Shown here piece after piece: positions 16,497 to 26,403 of a stretch of DNA of 43,074 bases; position 1 is the first letter of the stretch; every line of letters begins with the position of its first letter. A program made the position numbers and the translations under genes. This DNA comes from Bacteroidota bacterium (GTDB taxonomy: Bacteria; Bacteroidota; Bacteroidia; Cytophagales; Cyclobacteriaceae), in the NCBI GenBank assembly GCA_039191945.1, contig JBCCXG010000001.1, positions 1-43,074 on the forward strand. Reading direction: 5' to 3'. The notes beneath the pieces are model-generated. The model did no database searches, was not told where the DNA came from, and saw only the letters and a program-made list of their open reading frames with translations.

Positions 16497-17774
16497 TTAG
16501 TCGTCTTCGGGTTTTATTATCAGCTGAACGCGATCGATCCTATTTTCTTCCATGGTGAGGATCTTAAATTCGAATAGCTCATGATCGATATGATCCCCAA
16601 TGTCAGGAATATTTTCATTGATATTGAGAATGAGGCCTCCCAACGTATCATAGTCACCTTCCGGCAGCTGCAGTGAATAGCGATCATTGAGGTGATCGAT
16701 CTCGTGTCTGGCACTCAAGATGTACGTACCATCAGGCAACTTATCCTCGATGAGGTACTCATCATCATGCTCATCCCGAATCTCGCCAAAAATCTCCTCG
16801 ATCACATCTTCGATACTGACGATCCCTGATGTGCCCCCGTACTCATCCACCACCAAAGCCAGGCTCTTGTGCTCATTGATAAATTGAATCAGCAGTTCAT
16901 TGGCCGGCATGGTCTCGGGCACAATAATGATGGGTGTCAGAATCTTCTTGATCGAATCAGGCTTCTTGAACAAAGCCAGTGAATGACAGTAGCCGATGAC
17001 CTCGTCAATAGAGTCCTTATAAACAACAATTTTTGAGTGTCCGCTCTCTACAAATGCCTTCTTCAGGTCGATAATGTCATCCTGTATATCAACGGCGACG
17101 ATCTCGGTCCTAGGGATCATGCACTCTCGCACTTTCACTTCTTTGAACTCCAGCGCATTGTTGAAGATCTTAGCGTCGATCTCGTGATCATCCTCCTTGG
17201 AGACATTCAAATTGCTCTTGATATAGTTGTTGAGGTCTGTCAGGCCATAGACAGGTTTATCCTCCGAGTAATCTTGTCTCAACAGTCCTTTGATTACCCA
17301 CTTCGAAATGAACGCAATCAGGAGCACGGGTACGTAAAGTATTCCATACACAACCATCATCGGTAGCGCGAAAAAACGCAGCATATAGTTCGGGTTGAGC
17401 ATAAAAAGACTCTTGGGCAAGAATTCCGCCGTGACCAGCACAATGAGGGTAGATATCAACGATTGCAGTACCAATACGATGGCTGGATCGTTGAGGAAGC
17501 CCGGCAGGTACTTGAATAGCAGAGGATCGATCAGCGCGGCCATGTAAATGCCGTAGACCACCAACGCCAGGTTATTGCCTACAAGTGTTGTCGACAGGAA
17601 ATTGGCTCGGCGCTTTTGGAAGTGTCCCAGTACCCATCCGACAGGCCCTCCTCGCTGGTGGATCATTTCAATTTGAAGCTTATCCGCTGCCACGTAGGCG
17701 ATCTCAATCCCCGAAAAAAATGCCGAGAACGTGAGGCACAAGAGTATGATCAACCAAGCGCTATCGAGTATCAC
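16497..17774 (-). CDS. hemolysin-family / CNNM protein (DUF21 TM domain + CBS pair + CorC_HlyC)
   Basis: Four N-terminal TM helices, a CBS pair region and a C-terminal CorC-type domain. Confidence 0.85.
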   Translation of the reverse strand: MILDSAWLIILLCLTFSAFFSGIEIAYVAADKLQIEMIHQRGGPVGWVLGHFQKRRANFLSTTLVGNNLALVVYGIYMAALIDPLLFKYLPGFLNDPAIVLVLQSLISTLIVLVTAEFLPKSLFMLNPNYMLRFFALPMMVVYGILYVPVLLIAFISKWVIKGLLRQDYSEDKPVYGLTDLNNYIKSNLNVSKEDDHEIDAKIFNNALEFKEVKVRECMIPRTEIVAVDIQDDIIDLKKAFVESGHSKIVVYKDSIDEVIGYCHSLALFKKPDSIKKILTPIIIVPETMPANELLIQFINEHKSLALVVDEYGGTSGIVSIEDVIEEIFGEIRDEHDDEYLIEDKLPDGTYILSARHEIDHLNDRYSLQLPEGDYDTLGGLILNINENIPDIGDHIDHELFEFKILTMEENRIDRVQLIIKPEDD

Positions 17775-17980
17775 CTATTCCTTTTTTTAGACTTATCATT
17801 TTTCAATGGTGTCTTTTCATCGGCTCGCTTACGGTTGCGATAGGAAAAGAGGAACAGCAGCCCCAGAGACAGCATAAAGAACCCATAGGCATGCGCTATA
17901 GTGTAAACTATGGCCTGATGCGTACCGATCACGAAGAAGGCCACAGCGAGAAAGAAGAATATGCTATTCGGTCCTCTCAA
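17771..17980 (-). CDS. hypothetical small membrane protein (2 TM helices and a basic tail)
   Basis: Overlaps both flanking genes by 4 nt. TTG start. Two hydrophobic helices followed by KRADEKTPLKNDKSKKRNR. Confidence 0.35.
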   Translation of the reverse strand: MRGPNSIFFFLAVAFFVIGTHQAIVYTIAHAYGFFMLSLGLLFLFSYRNRKRADEKTPLKNDKSKKRNR

Positions 17981-18525
17981 AACTCCTCCTCTTCAAAACT
18001 AAGCTCCCCTTCTGGCTTGTGGATGGTGTAGGTCGTAAAATTTTCATCGGCCGTTAAGCCTTCGCCTGTATGCAACTCGTCGTCAGAAGTGATAGTGACA
18101 AACTTCTCCGTGAAGAAGATACCTTCACCCGGATCATAAAACAGCTCCTCAGTATTAAGCTCATCACTCGTGTCGAAGTTCTTCACGATGACATTACCTG
18201 TACCACAGAAAAGGTCTTCACGGTTGTCGTAAGTGGCTTTATCGGCTCGGAACGTTGATTCCAAACTGCCATCTTTGTTGTAAATCTCCAAACTAAACCC
18301 TTCCGGCCACTCCTGGTCGCCATTTTCAAAGTCAAGTCGCTTCACGGACTCTCTTTTGACCAGTGCGCGCCCAGAGTCGGTCATTAGCGTGCTTTCATTC
18401 ACGATATATCGGATAGGACCGTCGTAGGCAGGAGTATTCAGAAGGTCCTTGTTGGAGTCACAGCTGGCGAATACCAGCAAAGTACAGGCGATGCTAATAA
18501 AAAAGCGGCCAAAGGACTGACCCAT
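17977..18525 (-). CDS. lptC: LPS export periplasmic protein LptC-like lipoprotein
   Basis: Lipobox LVFASC. RADKATY...GNVIVKN...LNTEELFYD...FTEKFVTITS...GEGLTADENFTTYTI matches the Bacteroidota LptC pattern. ATG at 18525 is preferred over the track start at 18576. Confidence 0.65.
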   Translation of the reverse strand: MGQSFGRFFISIACTLLVFASCDSNKDLLNTPAYDGPIRYIVNESTLMTDSGRALVKRESVKRLDFENGDQEWPEGFSLEIYNKDGSLESTFRADKATYDNREDLFCGTGNVIVKNFDTSDELNTEELFYDPGEGIFFTEKFVTITSDDELHTGEGLTADENFTTYTIHKPEGELSFEEEEF

Positions 18526-18553
18526 GACCGCCTGATTTCTTATTCTGCCCGAA

Positions 18554-19870
18554 TTAACTGTCAGGTCTTCTTTCAATGTTTACACTCACGTTGATCCAAC
18601 ATCCTACAGTAACGGATTGCCCCTCTTCGTAGTTTTCGTTGAAGATGTCTTCAATAGATGGGAACTGGGCCTGCGCCTGCTCCATCATCTTTTGATCACC
18701 AGCTCTTCGGAACTCATCATAAGCCGCAATGTAAACCGCGCGGTCCTCCACTTTGCTCTCTCCACCTTTACAATCTGGGAAGCTAGTAAAGTAAAGTCTG
18801 CCGATCAGCAAGTGGGCGTCGGACTGAGACGGATCGAATGCCAAAGCCTTTCTCGCACTGCTTCGCGCATCAATCTTACGCTGCTGGCCCGCGTACAACT
18901 TGGCCATGTCCATATGTACCTCAGCTTTCTTGATGTTGTCATCCGTCAAGCCAATCGCCTTGTCAAAATATTCGAAAGCAGTAGTCATATCGTCTGCCGC
19001 TGCCGCCTTTTTGGCAATGAACAAAGTGACTCCATAGTCAGGCTCAACATCGTTGATGATTGTAGCCGACTGTACGGCAAGAGGACTATCAGTACACTTA
19101 TTGGTGAGGAGCAATTGGAAAATCTTCTTCGCCAATTTTAGATCACCCGTCTGATCTAACTTCGGCCCAAGCTTCGTCTCAACAAACTCACAGTCTACAT
19201 CGACTGTGGCCGTCAACAGCTTGTCTACTTGATCCATCATTTTATCGTAGCGTGGCTGCTTATCCGCAGATACCTTTTCTTTTTGTGCTCCGAGTGCATC
19301 AGAAATATTACTGTAGATATCGATAACACCCTCATCTGTCAGCTCGCCGCCGGCGAAACGGTACTTGTACACGACGTTCATGTAAGCGACTAGGTTACCT
19401 GCTGTCATCCGATCGCCATTGAGCTCGTAGGCCTTCGAAAAAGTCTCGTATAGATAGGGATATTTTGTCTTGTCTTTATTGTAGAACTTATACGCGAAGG
19501 TGGCCTTCCGATTCCACACATAGGCTTCTTTCTGGAAATACTCTGCTCGACTGTCGAAGAGGTTTAGCCCTTGCTGAATGAATTCTTCCTTCTTAGCAGC
19601 GTCTGGTTCCTTTGCAGCAAGGTTTTCGAAAATCTTTTCTCCGTTTTGATAAATTGAAACATGAAGGTCTGGCGTGTTCTCGAGCAGCCATGACAAGGGG
19701 ACGAGAGCATCCGAAAACTTGCCTGCTTTGTATAGGTCAGTATACAGTGCATTTTTCTCTTTCGCGGCATCCACCTGCTCGCCCCAGTTCCATCCTGGCT
19801 GCGCCTGCGCGAAAAAGACAAATAGTAACAGTGCTGGTACTAGACACAGCTCTTTTTTCATGTTTTTCAT
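18554..19870 (-). CDS. secreted TPR-like repeat protein
   Basis: Signal peptide follows the internal Met (MKNMKKELCLVPALLLFVFFAQA). The rest is helical-repeat rich. Confidence 0.55.
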   Translation of the reverse strand: MKNMKKELCLVPALLLFVFFAQAQPGWNWGEQVDAAKEKNALYTDLYKAGKFSDALVPLSWLLENTPDLHVSIYQNGEKIFENLAAKEPDAAKKEEFIQQGLNLFDSRAEYFQKEAYVWNRKATFAYKFYNKDKTKYPYLYETFSKAYELNGDRMTAGNLVAYMNVVYKYRFAGGELTDEGVIDIYSNISDALGAQKEKVSADKQPRYDKMMDQVDKLLTATVDVDCEFVETKLGPKLDQTGDLKLAKKIFQLLLTNKCTDSPLAVQSATIINDVEPDYGVTLFIAKKAAAADDMTTAFEYFDKAIGLTDDNIKKAEVHMDMAKLYAGQQRKIDARSSARKALAFDPSQSDAHLLIGRLYFTSFPDCKGGESKVEDRAVYIAAYDEFRRAGDQKMMEQAQAQFPSIEDIFNENYEEGQSVTVGCWINVSVNIERRPDS

Positions 19871-19944
19871 AACCTCGGGTATTAATTCCAGAACCTTCAA
19901 ATAGTCCAAGACTTCAAATATATTCAATAATGCTTTGTCTTGTA

Positions 19945-21192
19945 TTAGTCATATCGCCTTTTGATAAACCATCTGTCGTTTATCGTCAAACCAAAAACAA
20001 CCTGAATATAATTCTCTCGGATCAGGCCGTCAGCCGTCGTTCCCCTCCAACCAAACTTGAACGCCGTATCTAGCGCCGAGAGCCCGCTAATCGGAAAAGA
20101 AGCTCCAAAGCTAGCACCAAAATCATTAATTGCAGTCTCCTGAATCAGGTAGGGGATTTGAACTAAACTGAATCCGGCACGATAGGCTACCCGGTTAAAG
20201 TAACTAGTCACACTCGAATAATCCGGCGTGTATTCCAAGCCAATCGAGGCTCGCATTGTCTCACGGAAGATGGTCGGATCACTAGCGAATGCACCACCCT
20301 GTGCTATCGTAAAGTCCACGCCGACCAAAAACTTGTTGAGGTCCTCATAGGCTACACCGATACCCAGCTCATGAGCAATATCAAAGGTGGTAGCCACTCC
20401 TTCACTGATCTCCGACGTAGAGATAGGTGTCCCGGCATTGATCCTGGTGAAGGCTTCATCCCTGGTACCGCTCAATTGCGTCGATGGGGTGTAAATGACT
20501 CCGAGGTTGATGCCTTTGTTCTCCGATAAATTGAACTTGTAGAAGGCGCCGAACTGGTAGAGAAAGTCACGGTAGGATTCAGATTGGTTGTAAGAAATAG
20601 AAAACGGAGACTCATCCCCGACCACAATACTTCGCGAACTTCTGCGAATAGAGCCAAAGATGTACGAGGCTTTGACACCCACCAAGAGCTTTCCGGTGAG
20701 ACGAATACCGTGCGACCAATCTAAGCGACTAAGGCCTCCCTCACCCTCAAAAGCCTGTACCGCCTCGAATTCCGTGTCAGATATGGGTATGGTCTCAAAG
20801 AAATTGTAATTGACTGTGCTGTAGGGGGTCAATGCCACGGCCGTTGCCCAACGTCGGGGCTTGATCGGGAAAGAGATATTGAGCAGTCGCAGTCCTGCTG
20901 TACCATCCGTCTCCGTGGTCTCTGCCGATACAAAGTTGCGGTAGTCGCCTTGAAAGCCCACCTGAAAAGTGGTGAGTTGATTATTGGCAAGAAGTGCCGG
21001 ATTGACACTATTGATACTCCAATAGGATGGAGTGGCAATGCCGACTTCACCCATGGCGATATTGTGAGGCATTCCCGGGTAGACCAACTCCCCCAGACCA
21101 GAGCTACTGTACGGAGAGACGGTGGTCTGCCCATATACTCCCGCACTTGTGGCCAAAACAGCCAATACCAACACTAACCTAAACCACCTCAT
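19945..21192 (-). CDS. putative outer-membrane beta-barrel protein
   Basis: Signal peptide ending in GQ, alternating amphipathic strands, and an aromatic-rich C-terminal region. Confidence 0.5.
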   Translation of the reverse strand: MRWFRLVLVLAVLATSAGVYGQTTVSPYSSSGLGELVYPGMPHNIAMGEVGIATPSYWSINSVNPALLANNQLTTFQVGFQGDYRNFVSAETTETDGTAGLRLLNISFPIKPRRWATAVALTPYSTVNYNFFETIPISDTEFEAVQAFEGEGGLSRLDWSHGIRLTGKLLVGVKASYIFGSIRRSSRSIVVGDESPFSISYNQSESYRDFLYQFGAFYKFNLSENKGINLGVIYTPSTQLSGTRDEAFTRINAGTPISTSEISEGVATTFDIAHELGIGVAYEDLNKFLVGVDFTIAQGGAFASDPTIFRETMRASIGLEYTPDYSSVTSYFNRVAYRAGFSLVQIPYLIQETAINDFGASFGASFPISGLSALDTAFKFGWRGTTADGLIRENYIQVVFGLTINDRWFIKRRYD

Positions 21193-21904
21193 TGTACTCC
21201 AAAATCCTATTCAATCCAATCAATACTATTTCAGGGCGTGCAAAGATGGGGCCTTTTACAAAGGATTCAAAACGCTGACCGTCGCCGCCGGTCAGTATGA
21301 CGCGCAGCCCCTCATGCTCCTCCTTTAGCTGGTCGATGAACCCCTGTACCTCATAGCTTATTCCCAGTTCCACACCCTGACGCAAGCATTCTGCGGTACT
21401 TTTCCCCGGGAAACGAGACGTTATCTGATCGTAATACTGTGATATATCCGGAAGACCTGCGGTGCCCACATGCATCGCGTGCAGTCTCATGTTCCATCCC
21501 GGCGAGATCGCACCCCCGCGAAATACGCCGGACGCATCCACAAAATCGTAATTGACGCAGGTGCCAGCATCTATGATGACGCAGTTTTCCCCGGGAAACT
21601 CAGTCACCGCTCCTACGGCCCCCGCGATGCGATCCTTTCCCAGTGTCTCCTTTGTCAGATAGTCAAGGGAAATCGGCACGGGCGTCTCGAAATTGAGCTG
21701 CATCACCTGGGGAAGGGCAGCGATCGTCGCTAGCTCGTCGATCGTACGCACCGAACTTATGATGGCAGGGATGCCTGCCGCGAGCCTGGAAGTCATCGCT
21801 ACGGGATCAGCGAGATCGAAGACCTCCAGCAAACGCCGACCCTGGAATTTGCCCACTTTCGTTCGGCTATTTCCCACGTCAAATACATATCGCGTTGGCT
21901 CCAT
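21179..21904 (-). CDS. coaX: type III pantothenate kinase
   Basis: FDVGNSRTKVG phosphate-binding N-terminus and IIDAGTC. ATG at 21904 is preferred over the track start at 21973. Confidence 0.9.
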   Translation of the reverse strand: MEPTRYVFDVGNSRTKVGKFQGRRLLEVFDLADPVAMTSRLAAGIPAIISSVRTIDELATIAALPQVMQLNFETPVPISLDYLTKETLGKDRIAGAVGAVTEFPGENCVIIDAGTCVNYDFVDASGVFRGGAISPGWNMRLHAMHVGTAGLPDISQYYDQITSRFPGKSTAECLRQGVELGISYEVQGFIDQLKEEHEGLRVILTGGDGQRFESFVKGPIFARPEIVLIGLNRILEYNEVV

Positions 21905-22267
21905 TTTTATAAAGAGCTTCAAAAATAGCTCCATCAGCAACCTACCTGGAGGCCGTGGGCCATACTTTAACATAATTTTGCGATTGCTCTTTAGGTGGGT
22001 ATGCTTCTAGAGGGTGGTTTGCAGCACTGCACTACAAGATCTGGCCAATCGGAGCGCCACTTTAGCAAGCCTACCACCTGATCCCAATTCTCCCATCGCT
22101 TACAAGGCCAGTGCAAGGCGGAGAAAGATCTCCCTGCAAATATCCCTCAAAGGCCCTGGACACTTTCAGCATCCAAAGCGGAACCCGTAGTAACTTATTT
22201 AGTGTCGAATTTGGTTTTCAATATTTGTATCGCAATTTTAGTGCGGCAGAAGTACCTGCTGGCACCA

Positions 22268-23747
22268 ATGAAGAATATGTATCGTTTCATCCTTTTTTTG
22301 CTGTTTACAGCGATTTTTTCGCTTGCAGCAACGACATATTCTTTAGCCGCAGAAAGCACTGTAAGTGAGGGTGTTGAGTTGGTAGCAGACAGTGATGCAG
22401 GAGGTCATGATGCGCACCACGCGCCCTCTGCCTGGAGTGTCATGCCCTTTGTGTTATTGCTGCTCATGATCGCGACAGGGCCTTTGTTTTACGAGCACTT
22501 TTGGCACAAGAATTATCCAATTGTTGCCATCGCTCTAGCGGCGATTATTGTGGCCTACTACCTGTTCGGCTTACACAACTCGCATGCGCCAATCCATGCA
22601 ATGGCAGAATACCTTCAATTCATCGCTTTACTATCGGGGCTTTACATCGCCTCAGGGGGTATCATGATCATTGTAGACAAAAAAGCCGCTCCCGGGACCA
22701 ATGTAGCGCTCCTGGCCATCGGAGCGGTCATTGCCAACGTGATTGGAACGACGGGTGCGTCCATGCTGTTGGTGAGGCCATTCATTCGGCTCAACAAGAA
22801 CCGGATCAAGGCTTACCATATCATCTTCTTTATTTTCCTGGTCAGCAATATCGGGGGGTGTCTCACGCCGATTGGAGATCCACCGCTCTTTTTGGGTTTT
22901 TTGAAGGGGATTCCTTTTTTCTGGACGCTGACACACAATGTCGCGCCTTGGGCCTTTGCCGTGGCATTGCTGCTCGGTCTGTTTTTACCTCTTGGATCGC
23001 AACAATAAAGCGGATTACAGCTTCGGAGAGGACACCACCGTACCGACCAATAAGATTGGGGTGCGCGGTACGAGGAACTTTCTGTGGCTCGCAGTGGTCG
23101 TAGGCTCAGTATTTCTTGATCCCAACGTCTTTGATTGGGTGCCAGGTATCGAGTATGATGGTCAGAAGTTTTCTTTCATTAGAGAAATCATCATGTTCTC
23201 TTGCGCCTTCCTGTCTTACCGATTCGCGGATAAGCAAGCACTGAATGGTAACGATTTTAGCTTTGAACCCATCCGAGAGGTCGCCTTCATCTTTGTCGGA
23301 ATTTTTGGGACAATGATGCCCGCGCTGGAACTTGTGAGTAACTACGCCCAAAGCCCGGAGGGTTCTGAACTCATCTCGCACAACACCTTATACTGGGGGA
23401 CTGGCCTGCTGTCAGGGTTCCTCGACAATGCTCCTACCTACATCAATTTTCTGACGGCTGCGATGGCGTCGACCGGAGCAAGCATTCAGTCCCTTGCAGA
23501 GGTGGTTGAGTACGCACGCGGAGGCTTCCCCAATTCTATCTTGAACCTACAGGCCATTTCCGTGGCAGCGGTATTTTTTGGCGCCATGACCTACATCGGG
23601 AATGGCCCTAACTTCATGGTGAAGTCGATTGCAGAACAGGTGGGTATCAAAATGCCTTCCTTCTTTGGCTACATGATACGCTTCTCAATTCCTATCCTAT
23701 TGCCACTCTTCCTGATCGTCTGGTTGATCTTTTTTGCTTTCCAGTAG
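22268..23747 (+). pseudogene. ion transporter superfamily permease (annotated-type: sodium:proton antiporter / ArsB-NhaD-like), split by a +1 frameshift at T5 (22982-22986)
   Basis: ORFs 22202-23008 and 22938-23747 are two halves of one polytopic permease. Skipping one T gives the continuous reading ...AVALLLGLF-YLLDRNNKADY..., about 492 aa. Confidence 0.75.
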
Positions 23748-23756
23748 TCAGCAGTC

Positions 23757-25085
23757 TTAGTCAAGCGGGACTGACGCAAACAGGTGATCATTGAGACGCT
23801 TGAGGGCCTCTTCCTTGCTACTTCCATCGATAAGGATAGAAATATTGTTTTTGCTCCCTCCAAACGAAATCATACGCAATCGTACGTCTTCCAGCGCTTT
23901 GAAGATGACTGTGCCCACACCTTGGCTTTCGGAGATGAAATCACCCACGACACAAATGATCGCCTGATCCTTGTCCACCTCCACTGTCCCAAAAGGCTTG
24001 ATCTCCTCCACAATCTGCGTTAACATGGTATCATCATCCACGGTCAGCGAAACGGCTATCTCGGAGGTGGTAATCATGTCGATGGAGGTCTTGTACTTCT
24101 CAAAAACCTCAAAAATTTTCCGCAGGAAGCCATAGGCGTTGATCATGCGAGACGACTTGACCTTAATCGCGGTGATATTACCTTTTGCGGCGATGGCTTT
24201 CGCGCCCTTTGGATCTCGCTGAGAAGTGATGAGGGTACCCTCAGACTCAGGGCTCATGGTATTTTTGATTCTGACTGGCACATTGTGCAGCTGCGCAGGG
24301 ATGATGCAGTTCGGATGTAGGATCTTGGCTCCGAAATATGCCAACTCACCGGCTTCATCGAAAGACAATCGGTGAATCGGGTGTGTATTGTCAACGACAC
24401 GCGGGTCATTGTTGTGCATGCCATCAATGTCAGTCCAAATTTGTACCTCGTTAGCGCTCATAGCGGCTCCGATCAGCGTCGCCGTGTAATCGCTTCCACC
24501 GCGCTTGAGATTGTCTGTGCCGCCGTCCGCATTGCGACAAATAAACCCCTGCGTCACATACGTCGCCCCCTCACTTTTCTTGAGTAGGGGTTGCAGTCTC
24601 GTTTTGATCACGGGAATGTCGGGCTCCCCTGCCTCATTGAGGTACATAAAATCAATCGCTGGCAGCAAATGCCCTGGCGAGTCGAGGGACTGAAGTAAGA
24701 GCGAAAAGAGATTGGTACTGATCAGTTCACCCTGGACCACGATCACTTTTTGTATCTGTTCGCTGAACGGTTGGCTAGTAAGCCTTCGGAGTTCGTGAAA
24801 ATACTTATCTATAACCGCCGATGCCTGGTCACGCATCCCTTGGTCAGCAAACAAGTCATCGATGTATTGGTCGTAGTGCTTGCGCAATGCTTGGAGCGCG
24901 GACTGCGCCTGCTCCGAAGCCCCTTTACGGAGCGCATCGCTCAAAGCCACCAATGCATTGGTCGTGCCAGATACCGCCGAAAGCACCACAATTTTCTGCT
25001 CCTGGATTTGGTTGACCAAGGCAGCCACTCCTTTCATGCGCTCAGGGGTCCCGAGGCTTGTTCCTCCAAATTTCAATACGATCAT
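23757..25085 (-). CDS. lysC: aspartate kinase
   Basis: MIVLKFGGTSLG N-terminus, an amino acid kinase fold and C-terminal ACT domains. Confidence 0.9.
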   Translation of the reverse strand: MIVLKFGGTSLGTPERMKGVAALVNQIQEQKIVVLSAVSGTTNALVALSDALRKGASEQAQSALQALRKHYDQYIDDLFADQGMRDQASAVIDKYFHELRRLTSQPFSEQIQKVIVVQGELISTNLFSLLLQSLDSPGHLLPAIDFMYLNEAGEPDIPVIKTRLQPLLKKSEGATYVTQGFICRNADGGTDNLKRGGSDYTATLIGAAMSANEVQIWTDIDGMHNNDPRVVDNTHPIHRLSFDEAGELAYFGAKILHPNCIIPAQLHNVPVRIKNTMSPESEGTLITSQRDPKGAKAIAAKGNITAIKVKSSRMINAYGFLRKIFEVFEKYKTSIDMITTSEIAVSLTVDDDTMLTQIVEEIKPFGTVEVDKDQAIICVVGDFISESQGVGTVIFKALEDVRLRMISFGGSKNNISILIDGSSKEEALKRLNDHLFASVPLD

Positions 25086-25102
25086 AGGTCGAAAAGTGGT
25101 TG

Positions 25103-25579
25103 TTAGATTAGGAGCATTTTCATAGCCGTAATAGCGGCCTCATCCCCCTTATTGCCGTGCTTACCCCCAGCACGAGCAAGGGCTTGTTTCATATCGTTGG
25201 TAGTGAGGACGCCGAATATCACCGGTTTGTCATATTTAAGGCCTACGTCTGTGATTCCCTGGGCTACCGCCTGGCAGATGAAGTCAAAATGTTTCGTTTC
25301 GCCCTGAATCATACAGCCTAAACAAATTACTGCGTCAATGTCCTCGCGTTTTGCCGCCTTCTGGGCGCCCAAGCTGAGCTCAAAGCTGCCCGGCACGTTC
25401 ACTCTGAGGATGTGATCCCTGGTGACACCGCCGCTGATCAATGTGCTAACGGCTCCATCGTAGAGCGACTCGGTCACTTGCTCATTCCACTCCGACACCA
25501 CGATCGCATAGCGATAGCTCGCTGCGGCCTCGATACCTCCCGTGGAGAAATCACTTAGGTTTTTTTCAGAACTTGCCAT
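25103..25579 (-). CDS. ribH: 6,7-dimethyl-8-ribityllumazine synthase
   Basis: About 158 aa. GSFEL, ICLGCMIQGETKHFDF and HGNKG motifs. ATG at 25579 is preferred. Confidence 0.95.
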   Translation of the reverse strand: MASSEKNLSDFSTGGIEAAASYRYAIVVSEWNEQVTESLYDGAVSTLISGGVTRDHILRVNVPGSFELSLGAQKAAKREDIDAVICLGCMIQGETKHFDFICQAVAQGITDVGLKYDKPVIFGVLTTNDMKQALARAGGKHGNKGDEAAITAMKMLLI

Positions 25580-25645
25580 AAACAAAAAGAGGATAAAGTT
25601 GCATCAACCTTACCCTCGCTTATTTTTTATCGAAAAGGTTGAAAT

Positions 25646-26350
25646 CTAATCCACCGCCAGCCCTTCGAGCCTGGCCTTATGTTTTCGCGCCTCCTGCTCC
25701 AAAGACGAACCCACAAAATCACTGACGATGCTTCCGTATGCGGATGCAGCCGCTGCGTAGTTGCCACGGGCCTCTTCAGCAATAGCCCACTTCTTCAAGT
25801 AAATAGGGGTGAATTCCTTGTTGGGACGATAGTCAGCGGCACGCTCGAAGTAGCTGACCGCATTATCAAAGTCATCCAGCTCCATGTAGGCATCGCCAAT
25901 CAATGCGTAAGCCCGAGCTTGCAAGAGATAGTCTCCGCTGGAGAAGTCCTGCAAATTTCGGATGGCTCCCTCGTAGTCAGCGAGCCGCATATAAATGGCC
26001 CCGATATAGAACTTAGCGAGATTAGCCGCCTTCGTACCTGAATATTCGTCTGTGATGTCTAGAAAACCGTAGTTGTTGCCATCACCATTCAACGCCTTAG
26101 TCAAGCTGTCAGACTCGAAATAGTAAATCGCCTGAAACATCTCTTGCTGCGCTTCCCTATTTTGGCTCGTGCTCTGATATCGAAGGAACATCACTCCGGC
26201 CACAGCCAACAGAATCACGGTCAGCACTCCAAACAGGATGTTCTGATTGCGCTTATTCTCAAAGAACTGCTCTGCTTTATTGGCCAATGCCTCAGGATTC
26301 TCGATTAGATCAATTCCCTGGCTCGACTGTCCCTTTTTGGTTTTCGCCAT
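25646..26350 (-). CDS. membrane-anchored TPR protein (YfgM-like architecture)
   Basis: One TM helix after a basic N-terminus, followed by TPR-like repeats. Confidence 0.55.
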   Translation of the reverse strand: MAKTKKGQSSQGIDLIENPEALANKAEQFFENKRNQNILFGVLTVILLAVAGVMFLRYQSTSQNREAQQEMFQAIYYFESDSLTKALNGDGNNYGFLDITDEYSGTKAANLAKFYIGAIYMRLADYEGAIRNLQDFSSGDYLLQARAYALIGDAYMELDDFDNAVSYFERAADYRPNKEFTPIYLKKWAIAEEARGNYAAAASAYGSIVSDFVGSSLEQEARKHKARLEGLAVD

Positions 26351-26403
26351 TATCAATCAAAAATTTTGCGGACGCAAAGATATGATTTTATCTCCAAAAA
26401 GCC

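Noticed and set aside
16497-17774. Considered calling the hemolysin-family protein GldE (gliding motility).
   Set aside because: GldE is defined by its linkage to gldD. Here the downstream gene is a PpiD-like PPIase and no gldD-like lipoprotein is present, so only the generic CNNM/CorC family call is justified.
22111-22368. 85-aa ORF overlapping the transporter leader and start. Also the track's upstream start at 22202 for the transporter.
   Set aside because: The 85-aa ORF is in a different frame from the transporter and has no motif. The 22-residue extension from 22202 precedes a much better signal-like N-terminus starting at ATG 22268.
25086-25645. Looked for an FMN (RFN) riboswitch upstream of ribH and a lysine riboswitch upstream of lysC.
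   Set aside because: The upstream spacers are only 60 nt (ribH) and 17 nt (lysC), too short for either element. No conserved RFN or L-box core sequence is present.
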